A stretch of DNA of 64,000 nt from an uncultured delta proteobacterium (GCA_963803435.1 CAWDML010000014.1:192001-256000), one strand, 5' to 3'; shown: positions 40,154-50,309, numbered from the stretch's first letter. Numbers and translations are program-made. The notes: generated from the letters alone by a model not told the origin.

Positions 40154-40897
40154 GTGAGGGCCCTGATCCTCGCGTCCACCCTCGCGGTCGCCTGCGGCGG
40201 CGAGTCGAGGCCGCCGCCCCGTATGCCGGATCCCTCGTGGCCGGTGCTGGAGGTCGAGCTCGACGAGATGGAGAACCGCACCCTCTCCGACGTCGTGCTG
40301 GAGTTCGCGCAGGAGGCCTACTTCGACATCGAGATCAACCTCCAGTTCGTCCGGGACGAGGAGTCGATCCCGGAGCTGACGCTGGACGGCTCCGTGGAGC
40401 AGCGGCGCCAGCTCCTGTCCGAGCACCGCACGCACGAGGGCATGGTGCACGCGGTGGTGGCCACCCGGCGGCTCGATCTCCCGGAGCGGGGCGGCGAGCT
40501 GGTGGCCTCCGACGGCGGTCCGATCGAGGAATCCGGCGTCCTCATCTTCTACGACGAGATCGACGACCTTCACCCGGCATGCGGCAGCCCGAACGCCCCC
40601 TCGATCAGCCGCGGCGAGGCGCTGGCGGGCACGCTCGTCCACGAGATCGGCCATGCGCTCCAGCTCGGGCACGACACCGAGGTCGGAGGCGGCGTCAACT
40701 TCTACAACATCATGTCGGAGCCCACCGGCTGCGGTGAGGCCCAGAAGCGCTCGCACGGCCTCGGCAATCACGACGGGCAGCTCGGCGCCACCGAGGAGCT
40801 GGCTGCGCCGCGCTTCTCTGCGGCCGCGCGCGCGCTGATCGATCTCGATCACGTGGTGTCGATCGACACGGCGATCCTCGACAGCCAAGAGATGTAG
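40154..40897 (+). CDS. Zinc metalloprotease lipoprotein
   Basis: Lipobox AVAC; HEIGHALQLGH; Met-turn NIMS. Confidence 0.8.
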   Translation: MRALILASTLAVACGGESRPPPRMPDPSWPVLEVELDEMENRTLSDVVLEFAQEAYFDIEINLQFVRDEESIPELTLDGSVEQRRQLLSEHRTHEGMVHAVVATRRLDLPERGGELVASDGGPIEESGVLIFYDEIDDLHPACGSPNAPSISRGEALAGTLVHEIGHALQLGHDTEVGGGVNFYNIMSEPTGCGEAQKRSHGLGNHDGQLGATEELAAPRFSAAARALIDLDHVVSIDTAILDSQEM

Positions 40898-40996
40898 CCG
40901 AGCCCGCGTGCGGCGGATCGCACGCGCAGATTACATGTGGTGAGGTAAGCGACGGTGGGGCGCGTGCTCTGGGAACCTGACCGAGGAGACACGACC

Positions 40997-42016
40997 TTGG
41001 TCAGAACCGCATTCAACCCCTCCTCCCCGACGCTCTTCGACTTCATGGAGCTCCTCCAGGATCCGCAGGCGATCCCGCCGGAGGCGCTGGGACCCGGCTT
41101 CGATCCGTCGTCGCTGGACTCGGTCGACATCGCCCGCGCGCTCCAGTCCCCCGAGCTGAAGGCGTTCATGGAGGCGCAGCTGGCACAGGGCGGGCTCGGT
41201 GACTTCACGGCCGCCGATCTGCTCGCGATGTTGATCGACTACCTCACCCAGAAGTCGAACGAGTCGAAGGCCGCCACGCGACCGCCCCAGCGCCTCGGCA
41301 ACCTCGGCAGCGGCGGGTCCGGCCCGACGGTCCGGAGCAACGGCGCCTCCTGGAACGGAGGCGGAGGAGGAGGTGGTGGTGGCGGTGGCGGCGGCGCGTC
41401 CCCGTCGGCGTCCAGCGCGACGCCGACCACCACCGCGGTGCCCAGCCTTCCCCCGGGCCAGGGCCTCGACGGCTTGAAGGTCCAGGTCATCGGCGACTCG
41501 CTGATGGAGGGCGCCCAGGGCACGACCGGCCAGGCCCTGAAGGACGCCGGTGCCAGCTCGGTCGACATCGACGCCGCGAAGAGCCGCACCATCACCGACT
41601 CGGGCGCCGGCATCCACATGAGCCCGGCCGAGATCCGACAGAAGGTCGAGGCGAGCGGCGCCAACGTGGTGGTCCTCGAGCTCGGCACGAACCACTCCGA
41701 CTTCGGGCGCTTCGTGCCGGAGACGATGAACGAGCTCTCGAAGATCCAGCCCCCGCCGCTGGTGGTCTGGGTCAACACGCAGACGAAGCGGCCGGCCACC
41801 ACCTCGTACGGGCAGGACTACTACGATCAGAACGCGCAGATTAACCAGGTGATCGCGAACGAGGCGGCCAAGCGGCCCAACATGGTGGTCGCCGACTGGT
41901 CCTCGATCGCCGGCGGTTCGGGCATCAACGCCGGCGACGGGCTCCATCTCACCGGCGAAGGAAACACGGCGATGGCCAAGCTGATCCTCGAGACGATCGC
42001 CGGCGCCCGAACTTGA
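40997..42016 (+). CDS. SGNH/GDSL hydrolase-domain protein with a helical N-domain and poly-Gly linker
   Basis: VIGDSL, ELGTN, DGLH; TTG start behind GAGGAG; no signal peptide. Confidence 0.82.
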   Translation: MVRTAFNPSSPTLFDFMELLQDPQAIPPEALGPGFDPSSLDSVDIARALQSPELKAFMEAQLAQGGLGDFTAADLLAMLIDYLTQKSNESKAATRPPQRLGNLGSGGSGPTVRSNGASWNGGGGGGGGGGGGGASPSASSATPTTTAVPSLPPGQGLDGLKVQVIGDSLMEGAQGTTGQALKDAGASSVDIDAAKSRTITDSGAGIHMSPAEIRQKVEASGANVVVLELGTNHSDFGRFVPETMNELSKIQPPPLVVWVNTQTKRPATTSYGQDYYDQNAQINQVIANEAAKRPNMVVADWSSIAGGSGINAGDGLHLTGEGNTAMAKLILETIAGART

Positions 42017-42056
42017 GTCGAGCGCCGGCGACGGCGATGCCCGAGCGGGCCCCGGG

Positions 42057-43574
42057 TCACGGCGAGCAGGTCGCCGTCTGGGGGTTGCAGGTCCCGTTCG
42101 GGCAGTCCTGATCGCTCTGGCAGGGGACGCTCATGTTCGCGGCGACGCAGGTCCACGTCACCTGATCGCACACCTCGCCCTGCGCGCAGTCCGAGTCGAG
42201 CTGGCAGTAGACCACGTTCGACGGGGTGCAGGCGCCGTTCGTGCAGCTCTCGCCCTGGTTGCAGTCGGCGTCGCTGTTGCACGCGGGCTGGGTGTTGCTG
42301 CAGATGCCGGTCTGGGGATCGCAGGTCCCGCCCATGCAGTCCTGATCCGTCTGGCAGCCATTGTTGTTGTTCCCGGGGACGCAGGTCCACGACATCTGAT
42401 CGCACACCTCACCCTGCGGGCAGTTCGCATCGATCTGGCAGGACATCGGCTGCGAGATGCAGGCGCCGTTCTCGCAGCGCTCGCCCTGGTTGCAGTCGGT
42501 GTCGCTGTTACACGCGGGCTGGGTGTTGCTGCAGGTGCCCGTCTGCGGATCGCAGGTCCCGCCCATGCAGTCCTGATCCGTCTGGCAGCCGTTGTTGTTG
42601 CCGGGGACGCAGGTCCACGACATCGGGTCGCAGATCTGACCCTGCGGGCAGTTCGCGTCGATCTGGCACGACATCGTCTGCGGCACGCAGGCGCCGTTCG
42701 CGCAGTGCTCGCCCTGCTGGCAGTCGGCGTCGCCGTTGCACGCGGGCTGAGTGTTGGTGCAGGTGCCCGTCTGGGGATCGCAGGTCCCGCCCATACAGTC
42801 CTGATCCGTCTGGCACCCGTTGTTGTTGCTCGGCGTGCACGCGCCGTTCACGCAGGCCTCGCCCTGCTGGCAGTCGGAGTCGGTCATGCAGGCCGGGTTG
42901 TTGTTCGTCTGCACGCACGCCCACGACATCGGATCGCAGACCTCGCCCTGCGCGCAGTCGCTGTCGACCTGACAGGACATCGTGTTGACCGTGCCGCAGG
43001 CGCCGTTGACACAGACCTGATTCGCCGGACAGTCGCTGTCGGCCAAACAGCCGTTCTGGGGCGTGCTGCAGGTGGCGGTGTTGGGATCGCAGGTCTGGCC
43101 CTGGAGACAGTCGCTGTCGCTCATACAGGGCGCGTTCGGATCGAAGCACCCGTACATCGAGAAGTGCTCGAGGCGGCCTTGCACCACCCTCTGTCCCTGC
43201 GCCGTGTCGTGCAGCGGGATGGGACGCGCGGGATCCGCATAGGCGAGGACCAGCTCGGCGTCCGTGTTGACATCGACCTTCAGCATCGCGGGCTTCGCGA
43301 ACGTGGTCCCGCTCGGGCCGAACTCGTACATGGCCGACTTCAGGCCGTTGCGCTGGACGTCGCGGCGCACCAGCACCCAGAGCTCTCGCGTCTCGGCGAG
43401 CGCGTCGGCGTCGATGGTGAGCTCGGCGCGTCCGTCCGCGCTCTTGACCTTCCCTCCGTCGGGGCCGATCGACACCGTGGTTTTCTCGATGAGCACCGTG
43501 TCCTGCGTGCAAGCCGCGAATCCGCCCGCCAGGAGCACCGTCAACAGAACGTTCTTTCCTTGGATCATCTTCAT
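42057..43574 (-). CDS. Cys-rich repeat lipoprotein with an N-terminal ZU5-like domain
   Basis: Lipobox FAAC; IGPDGG..YEFGPSGTTF..HFSMY; about a dozen CxxDxDCxxGxxC modules. Confidence 0.85.
   Translation of the reverse strand: MKMIQGKNVLLTVLLAGGFAACTQDTVLIEKTTVSIGPDGGKVKSADGRAELTIDADALAETRELWVLVRRDVQRNGLKSAMYEFGPSGTTFAKPAMLKVDVNTDAELVLAYADPARPIPLHDTAQGQRVVQGRLEHFSMYGCFDPNAPCMSDSDCLQGQTCDPNTATCSTPQNGCLADSDCPANQVCVNGACGTVNTMSCQVDSDCAQGEVCDPMSWACVQTNNNPACMTDSDCQQGEACVNGACTPSNNNGCQTDQDCMGGTCDPQTGTCTNTQPACNGDADCQQGEHCANGACVPQTMSCQIDANCPQGQICDPMSWTCVPGNNNGCQTDQDCMGGTCDPQTGTCSNTQPACNSDTDCNQGERCENGACISQPMSCQIDANCPQGEVCDQMSWTCVPGNNNNGCQTDQDCMGGTCDPQTGICSNTQPACNSDADCNQGESCTNGACTPSNVVYCQLDSDCAQGEVCDQVTWTCVAANMSVPCQSDQDCPNGTCNPQTATCSP
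42150..42860 (-). repeat. Intragenic tandem repeat, about 3 units of 228-231 nt
   Basis: CAGTCCTGATCCGTCTGGCA recurs near 42337, 42568 and 42796. Confidence 0.85.
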
Positions 43575-43623
43575 GCGTCCTTTCCGAGAAGCGGCCATTC
43601 GTTGCCGGATGACGGTGAGATGT

Positions 43624-45073
43624 TCACGGTGTTTTCGGGCATCGCGATCCGATGTGCTGTCTCAGGGTCTCCGCTCGGGCGCGGAGCGCCGCCGGCGCCC
43701 GGATCCGGTCGATCACCTCGAGCGCGTCGCAGGGATCGTCCTCTTCCAGCGCGCGAGCCACGTCCAGCGCGACCACGGCCGCCTCCAGTGAGACGCCCTC
43801 GACGGGCAGCCCGCGCAGCGCTCGGGCCGCCGCCCAGGGGTCGCCGAGCTCGAGCTGCGTGCGGGCCCCGAGCGCAATCCGCTCGAGGCCGAGCTCGCCA
43901 CGGCCGAAGCGTTGGTCGGCGTCCGCCAGGATCCGCAAGCTGTCCTCTCGGCGATGGAGACGGAGGAGGAGCTCAGCCTCTCGGAACAGCGCCTCCTCGG
44001 CGAACGGAGCGCCATCTCATGCGCGGCGATGGCCGCGTAGAGCTCGGCCGCCTCGCCCGGATCACCGTCGCGGCGGGCGCGATCCGCGCGGGCGATGAGG
44101 GAAGCGAGCGAAGGTGGCGGCGGCGGCGCTCTCCACACGACGACGGGCGCAGGCGCCGGCGCCGGCGGGGATCGCGGGCGTCGGAATCCTCTGCGACCAC
44201 GACCGGCGGTTCGGGGGGCGCCGGCGGCTCGAGGACGTCCGGCGCCGCGGAGGGCGGCGGCCGCTCGAAAGCGTCGGCGCGCACGTCCAGCGCCGGTCGG
44301 GGCGCGGGCTCCGGCACCCGCTCCGGCGCGGGACGCGGCCGCGCTCGGGCGCGGGGCTTCGGGCGGGAACGACCGATGGGCCAGGACCGCGGCGCCGGCG
44401 TGGCCCCTCCCTCGGGCGGCGGTACCGCGGGCGGCGCCTCCTCGACCGCGCGCTCCGCCACCGCCGGCCGCTCCAGCACGCGCCGCGCGCCCGCAGGCAC
44501 CCGCAGCACCCGGCCGCTCAATCGCTCGGTGACCTCGGCCGTGCCGGACTCCACTCGGACCTCCGTCCGGTCGGCGCCCGCCTCTACCTGAAAGCGCGTC
44601 CCCACCACCGCGATCGCCGCGACGGGCGTCGTCACCCGGAAGCGCTGCGTCGCCGCCACCTCCAGGTCGACCACGCCCGTGTCGAGCACCAGCTCGACCT
44701 CGTCGGGCGCGAGCACCGGCATCTGGATCCGGGCCTCTCCCAGCGATCGCAGCCGGCCCCGACCGATCTCCACCACCGCGCCCTCCGACAGGATCAGCAC
44801 GTCCCCGCTTCGCTTTGCCGGTCCGGCGACGACGCGCACGCTCGCGTCGTCTCCGCCGGCGCGGGCCATCATGACCACGACCGCAGCTGCGCCGGCGGCA
44901 ATCGCGAGGCTCGGGAGCTTCCATCCCAGGCCCGAGGCTCGCTTCGGTCGCGCGATGGAAGCGTCGAGCGCCCAGCGCATCTCAATCGCGACGGCCGGAT
45001 CGAGACGCCGCCGTCCCTGCTTGAGAACGCTGCGCGCGTGTTCGAGCAGCTCTTCGTCGCTGGACATCGTCAT
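43624..45073 (-). pseudogene. FecR-domain anti-sigma factor with TPR-like C-terminus, at least two frameshifts
   Basis: TM then FRVTTP...VVGTRFQV..EVRVESG; continues in other frames as SLASLIARADRARRDGD (from about 44170) and FAEEALFREAELL (from about 44015). Confidence 0.72.
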
Positions 45074-45667
45074 CTCTCCTTGCTCCGCTCGAGCAGGCGC
45101 ACCAGCTCCTTGCGTGCGTGAAACAGGCGGGTGCGCACGGTCGCTTCGTTGAGATCCAGGATGTCGCCGATCTCCTTGCCGGAGAGTCCTTCGACCTCGA
45201 ACAGCAGGTAGACGATCCGCTTCTCCGCGCGGATCTTCATCAGACATCTCCAGACCCGGAGCAGCTCCGCGCGATCGGCGGTGGCGCGCTCGAGAATCGT
45301 GCGGCCGACGGGTCGAGGGCTCGAGCTCGAGCGCCTTGACCAGCCGTCGATGCCGCCGCCACGAGCGCAGCTGGGTCAGCACGATCCGGGACGCGATCCC
45401 GTAGAGCCAGGTCTCGAGCTTCGACTCGCCGCGGAAGCGCGGCAGGCTCCGATGGGCCTGGAGGAAGACCTCTTGGGTGAGGTCCTGGATGTCGGCATCG
45501 CTCGCCCCGACGCCGAGCAGGCTCGCCACCATGCGGTAGACGTCGGCGGCGTGGCGGCGAAAGACCGCGTCGATGCTCGGCGTGACCGGGCGAGACGCCA
45601 CGACTTCTTCGGCGACGGAGCGGGCGAACGAGCGGCTCAAAGGGCGATTCGGTCCTCTCAGGGGCAC
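45070..45667 (-). pseudogene. ECF RNA polymerase sigma factor, frameshifted near 45305
   Basis: Region 2 DLTQEVFLQAHRSLPRFRGESKLETWLYGIA in one frame; region 4 FEVEGLSGKEIGDILDLNEATVRTRLFHARKEL in the +1 frame, stopping at an ATGA overlap with the anti-sigma gene. Confidence 0.8.
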
Positions 45668-45695
45668 CTTGGGTCGCCCCCTCGCGTCGAAACGT

Positions 45696-46619
45696 TCAAA
45701 AAAAGCGCACGGCCAGCCCTGCCTCCAGCCAAGGCACGAGAATTCCTGTACGAATCTCGTCGTCGGACGCCGGCAGGGTCAACGTCACCGCCGGAAAGCG
45801 CAGCAGCCCGCCGCCGTCGGCGAACACCGTCAGTGTCTCCCCCACCAGGGTCGCCCTGAACGTCCCGCCGAAGCGCACCACCCCCTCCGCCGTTCGGACC
45901 CGCGTCTCTTCGGCCTGACCCGGCGCCACGGGGAAGGCCGCTGGCGCCGCCCGGATCCGAATCGCGTTGGCGCCGCCGGCCAGCTCCAGGCCGAGCGCCA
46001 CGGGCCCCAGGTGGAGCGGGCGCCAGCCGGCCCGCAGGAGCACCGTGAGCTCGGTGGCCTGCGCCTCGATCCCGGCGTCGTCGCGGTTGCAGCAGAACAG
46101 CCCGGCCCAGACACCGGCCTCGAAGTCCGCGCGCTGGACCGACACGGCCAGGGCCGGCCCGAGCTGCGGGCGTTGCGGGCTCGCCCACCATTGCGTGGCG
46201 AAGGCGGCCTCCAGGCTGAAGTGCCACAATCGCTCCGGCTCGAGCGTCTCAGGGTGCTCGATGGCCCTCGACGACTCGACAGCGCGGGCGGCCAGCAGCG
46301 CAATCCGCCGCAGCGCCGGCTCCGGATCGGCGTCGTCGAGGGCGATCCGCCGGGCCAGCACCGGCATCGACGGCGGCGCGATCATGTCGACGTCGAGGTG
46401 GCCGTCGAGCCGCTGGATGGTCAGCGACAAGGTGGCGGCGCGGCTCGACGTGACGACGCGGCAGTCTGGGACTTCTGTGGCGAGCAGTGCCTCCAGCCGC
46501 TTCGAGAGCGCGCCCGCGTCGACGTGCAAGAGGCAGCGCTCTGCGCGCGCCTCCGCGGGGACGAGCCCGAACAGGCCCACAGGGCCAATCAAGCCGACGA
46601 AGACACACAGATGACGCAC
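45696..46619 (-). CDS. Secreted/outer-membrane hypothetical protein of the ECF cassette
   Basis: Signal-like N-terminus, beta-strand-rich C-half ending GLAVRFF; start uncertain (46619 or 46664). Confidence 0.65.
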   Translation of the reverse strand: MRHLCVFVGLIGPVGLFGLVPAEARAERCLLHVDAGALSKRLEALLATEVPDCRVVTSSRAATLSLTIQRLDGHLDVDMIAPPSMPVLARRIALDDADPEPALRRIALLAARAVESSRAIEHPETLEPERLWHFSLEAAFATQWWASPQRPQLGPALAVSVQRADFEAGVWAGLFCCNRDDAGIEAQATELTVLLRAGWRPLHLGPVALGLELAGGANAIRIRAAPAAFPVAPGQAEETRVRTAEGVVRFGGTFRATLVGETLTVFADGGGLLRFPAVTLTLPASDDEIRTGILVPWLEAGLAVRFF

Positions 46620-46732
46620 AGAAACAGCCCTCTTCTCTATCAAGGCCGTCTCGCCACAGGCCATCGGTCGAACTGGTTGAGGAGCAAACGGCTTGACCCA
46701 TGCAGAGACCGGATCGTTTGGTTCTCAAACGA

Positions 46733-47743
46733 ATGACACGCACTGGAAACGCCAAGGCCCCCCTGGAGGCTTCGGCGCGCTACTCCGTCGTCGAGCTCCA
46801 GAGCCCGACCTCGGACTTCGAGAGGGACGTCCGGCTGGGCCTCACCGCCCACGAGAAGCGGCTCTCCTGTCGCTACCTCTATGACGAGGCCGGCTCACGG
46901 CTCTTCCAGAACATCTGCGAGCTCGAGGAATACTACGTGCCCCGGGCCGAGCGCGAGATCCTGACGACCCACGCCGCCGAGATCCTCGCGCTCACACCGC
47001 CACACGCCACCATCGTCGAGCTGGGCAGCGGCGACGCAGCCAAGACCCACGTGATCCTCGACGCGTTCCACCGCCGTGACGGCCGGGTCCGGTACATGCC
47101 GATCGACATCGATCCCTCGGTCCTGGAGGCGTCCGCCGAACGCATGCTGCCCGAGCTGGACGGTCTCGAGGTCGACGCCATCGCCGGCGAGTACGGCGTC
47201 GCGCTCGCCCACCTCGACGCGACCGCCTCCGAGCTCGAGAAGCTGATCCTCTTCCTCGGCTCCAACATCGGGAACTTCGATCGCCGCGACGCCTCTCGCT
47301 TCCTGGTCCAGATCCGGCAGGCGATGGGGCCTCGCGATCGGCTGCTGATCGGGGTGGACCTGCGCAAGGATCCGTCGATCCTGGTGCCCGCCTACGACGA
47401 CCCGCACGGCGTCACCTCGGAGTTCAACCTCAACCTGCTGGCCCGCATCAACCGCGAGCTCGGCGGTCACTTCGACCTCACCGGCTTCACCCACCGCGCC
47501 TTCTACGAGGAGGAGGCCGGCCGGATGGCGATGTACCTCGAGAGCCTCCGCGATCAGATCGTGGCGATCGACGCGCTCGGCCTCAGCGTCCAGTTCCGCG
47601 CCGGCGAGCTGATCCACACCGAGTACTCCTACAAGTACGCGCCCGCCGAGATCGACGCCCTGGCGGAGAAGTCCGGCCTGCGCGTGCTGCGCCGCTGGTT
47701 CGACTCCGCGGGGCTGTTCAGCAGCAATCTGCTGGCCCGCTGA
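46733..47743 (+). CDS. egtD: L-histidine N-alpha-methyltransferase EgtD
   Basis: YLYDEAGSRLF..ICELEEYY, VELGSG, FLGSNIGN, GVDLRK, AYDD, FNLNLL, IHTEYSYKY. Confidence 0.93.
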   Translation: MTRTGNAKAPLEASARYSVVELQSPTSDFERDVRLGLTAHEKRLSCRYLYDEAGSRLFQNICELEEYYVPRAEREILTTHAAEILALTPPHATIVELGSGDAAKTHVILDAFHRRDGRVRYMPIDIDPSVLEASAERMLPELDGLEVDAIAGEYGVALAHLDATASELEKLILFLGSNIGNFDRRDASRFLVQIRQAMGPRDRLLIGVDLRKDPSILVPAYDDPHGVTSEFNLNLLARINRELGGHFDLTGFTHRAFYEEEAGRMAMYLESLRDQIVAIDALGLSVQFRAGELIHTEYSYKYAPAEIDALAEKSGLRVLRRWFDSAGLFSSNLLAR

Positions 47744-47756
47744 GCGCGGGCTCGAC
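47652..47756 (+). repeat. Direct repeat copy 1 (egtD 3' end)
   Basis: TCGACGCCCTGGCGGAGAAGTCCGGCCTGCGCGTG...GCCCGCTGAGCGC...CTCGAC; about 90% identical to 51056-51161 by eye. Confidence 0.9.
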
Positions 47757-47820
47757 CGATGGGGTCGACGTTGGTTCGAATCCTAAGCGGACCAGGCGGA
47801 GAAGCTGCTCGAGCTGCACT

Positions 47821-47995
47821 GGTGGCGCCGATCATGATCACGACCAGGCCGAGCGCGGCGAGCGGCGTGAGCCGGCGGCGGATCCGGAGGAGCCCCGGGA
47901 GGACGAGGCCGAGCCCACCGAGGAGCTCCGCGACGCCGATGAAGCGGATGAACCACGGGGAAGGCGATCGACCCTTGCATGTCGTCGATCGAGGC
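47821..47995 (-). pseudogene. DoxX-family fragment
   Basis: WFIRFIGVAELLGGLGLVLPGLLRIRRRLTPLAALGLVVIMIGA; both ends missing. Confidence 0.7.
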
Positions 47996-48000
47996 CACGA

Positions 48001-48348
48001 GCGCCCAGCGACCGCCGCCACCCAGAGCTTTGCGCTGGTGATGATCGACGACAGCATCGACTTCGTGCACTGGGTTGCCTTCGACCTACCGCCGGAGACC
48101 ACCAGCCTGCCGGAAGGGGCGAGCGATCAGGGCCTGCTCCCTGCGGGCACCCGGGAAGCGAACGCGTATTGCGTCCAGTACTGCGGCCCCTGCCCGCCGA
48201 ACACGCACACGTACACCTTCCGTCTCTACGCGCTCGACGTACCGATGATCGACTTCTCGTACTCCGGCTCCTTCGGAGACGCGGAGCTCGGCGCCGCCTT
48301 CGGCGCCAGCTCGGGATCGCCACCTTGACCGGCACGTACACACCGTAA
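48001..48348 (+). pseudogene. YbhB/YbcL (PEBP) family fragment
   Basis: SFALVMID...FVHWVAFDLP...YCGPCPP..HTYTFRLYALD; 5' end missing, frameshift near the 3' end (ATLTGTY in another frame). Confidence 0.75.
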
Positions 48349-48489
48349 CGCCTCGGCCGACCCGCGCACGGCAGGTCGGGAGCGGCCCGTGCCTCGCGTG
48401 GGTCCGGTGCGAGCGGGTCGCAGTGAGCGGCCTGCCGCGGCAGCTCCTCGTTGAGCTCCGACCGCAGCGACGCGAGGAGCTTCACGGCT

Positions 48490-48861
48490 TCAGCGAAACC
48501 GGGCTCCGCGTTTGATCCACGCGAGGTCGATCTTGTCGGTCAACGTCAGCTTGGTGCGCTCCGGATCCAGCGCCTCCGGCCTCGCCTCGAACAAGGTCTG
48601 CTTGATGCGCTCGGGATAGCTCATCTCCGATCTTTGCTCGAAGTGGGTTCGCTTCGAGCGCTCGAGGTCGATCGCCTTCGCCTCGAAGGGTTGAAGCCGG
48701 ACGCGCTCGATGATCGCCTGGAGCCGTTGCTCATGGCGGCGTTCCTGCGCGCGCCCCTCCTGCAGGCGGCGCTGAACCTCTTCGATCCTGGCCTGCGCTT
48801 CGATTCTCCGGCGGCGCATGCTCGCCAGGAGCTGCTTCGTCTTGCGGCGTTTGTCTTTCAT
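48490..48861 (-). CDS. Coiled-coil hypothetical protein, possibly a frameshifted fragment
   Basis: Helical R/E/Q-rich ORF; a plausible continuation EPGFAEAVKLLASLRSEL lies in another frame. Confidence 0.4.
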   Translation of the reverse strand: MKDKRRKTKQLLASMRRRRIEAQARIEEVQRRLQEGRAQERRHEQRLQAIIERVRLQPFEAKAIDLERSKRTHFEQRSEMSYPERIKQTLFEARPEALDPERTKLTLTDKIDLAWIKRGARFR

Positions 48862-49017
48862 CGACGGTACCTACCGAAGAAGGGCCTCGGATTCGGCCAG
48901 ATTCGAGTCGCTGCTCGGGCGCTCGCGGCTCCGTCAGCATCTGGGTGTCCAAAATCGCCTCGGACCGACGAGGCGAAACCGCTGCCGCAGCCGATCTCCA
49001 CATGTTACGCTCGCCCC

Positions 49018-49261
49018 GTGCACGCCGATGACCTCCGACGTTGGATTCCACCAGCGCCAGCTCGGCGAAAAGCGAGAGCTCGCGGAGATGCGCGACGCAG
49101 CGCCCCCGCCCGAGGAAGCGTTTGAGCACGGGCTGAGCATGATCGCCTTTGCCCGGAGGCTTCACGGGTGGCCCCTCCCAGAGGATGAGCAGTCGAGGCG
49201 GGAAGAGCTCGAGGTGTTCCATCGCTGGGCGCGGCTCCGGCGCCGGCTAACCGACGCATGA
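49018..49261 (+). pseudogene. Small helical partner (antitoxin-like) of the nucleotidyltransferase
   Basis: VHADDLRRWI then an apparent +1 shift to HQRQLGEKRELAEMR...RWARLRRRL; ATGA overlap with the next gene; could instead be intact from ATG 49028. Confidence 0.45.
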
Positions 49262-49849
49262 GCGTCTCCGAAGCCGGTCCCCTTCTCGAAGCAATGGCCG
49301 CCCTCGAGCGCGGTCTCCAGCGCATCGGATTGCCCCACATGCTGATCGGTGGGCTCGCGGTCATCGCCCGCGGCGTTCCGCGCGACACACGCGATATCGA
49401 CGCTACCATCTGGGCGCCCGATCTCGACCTCGCCAAGCTCGTCGAAGCTCTGGCGGCCGAGCGGGTCGTCGGCCGCATCCCGGATCTGGAGGATTTCGCT
49501 CGCCAAGCGCAGGTGCTCCTCCTCGTCCACGAGCCCACGAAGACTCCGATGGAGGTCACGCTGGCCTGGCTTCCGTTCGAGAAGGAAGCCATCGATCGGG
49601 CCGAGCGGATGAAGCTCGGCGGCGTCGAGCTGCCCGTCGCCGTCGCCGAGGATCTCCGTGATTTACAAGGCGATCGCCGGCCGGGATCGAGACCGGGATG
49701 ACCTCGCGCGGCTCCTTCGGCTCCACGCCAGCGAGATCGATCTCGACCGGGTTCGTGGTGTCGTCGCTCAGTTTGCGGAGGCGCTGGAAGACTCTCAGCG
49801 GGTCGTGGACCTGGAGCGCATCATCGCTAGCGTCGACGACGACAGCTGA
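49258..49849 (+). pseudogene. Nucleotidyltransferase-fold protein, frameshifted near 49658
   Basis: LIGGLAVIARGVPRDTRDIDA ... VAVAEDL, then +1 frame VIYKAIAGRDRDRDDL. Confidence 0.75.
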
Positions 49850-50309
49850 CACCCGGCCGGCCCGGGCCGCGGTGCTTGCTGCCGTCGTACCTCCGCGGCG
49901 ATCAGCTGCCCGTGCGAGCGCAGGATAGTGTCGGGGTGATGATCGGTGAACTGGACACCGGCGCGTCCATCCCGACCCCGCTCCGCACTCCCCAGGCGAA
50001 GCAATCTGATCCGCACGACACCCGTCGCGGCCGGTCGCCGAGCGCCGAGGTCAGCGACCGGCGGAACGTCCACGCGAGGTCCGGCGCGTCCTCGGGGCGC
50101 GCTTCGACGGCCGCTCCGTGAGCCGCAGGTACGGCCCGAGCAACGCGACGAGCTCGTCGACGAGTATGTCTCCCTCGAGGAGCTCGCGCTTGCTGAACGC
50201 GGCGACCTCGGGGCGGGGGTGCGTCCCCAAGCACGCTCGAGCATGCCTACGTGTCGGTGACGTGCGAGCAGGGTCGCTTCCTCCATCCGTCTTGGTCGGA
50301 GCGTGGGGT

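Noticed and set aside
41357-41395. Poly-Gly tract as a phase-variable repeat
   Set aside because: Mixed GGA/GGC/GGT codons in triplet units; an ordinary flexible linker.
42150-42860. Regularly spaced repeats as a CRISPR array
   Set aside because: Units are about 230 nt, in frame within a CDS, the intervening sequence is also repeated, and there are no cas genes.
43973-45667. Genuine sigma/anti-sigma fusion protein or programmed frameshift
   Set aside because: Sigma region 4 is intact in another frame with a normal ATGA overlap, there is no obvious slippery sequence, and more frameshifts follow; decay or error is simpler.
47770-47794. GGTTCGAATCC...ACCA resembling a tRNA 3' end at the island border
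   Set aside because: The T-stem does not pair fully and the distance to CCA is too short; cannot be supported as a tRNA-derived att site.
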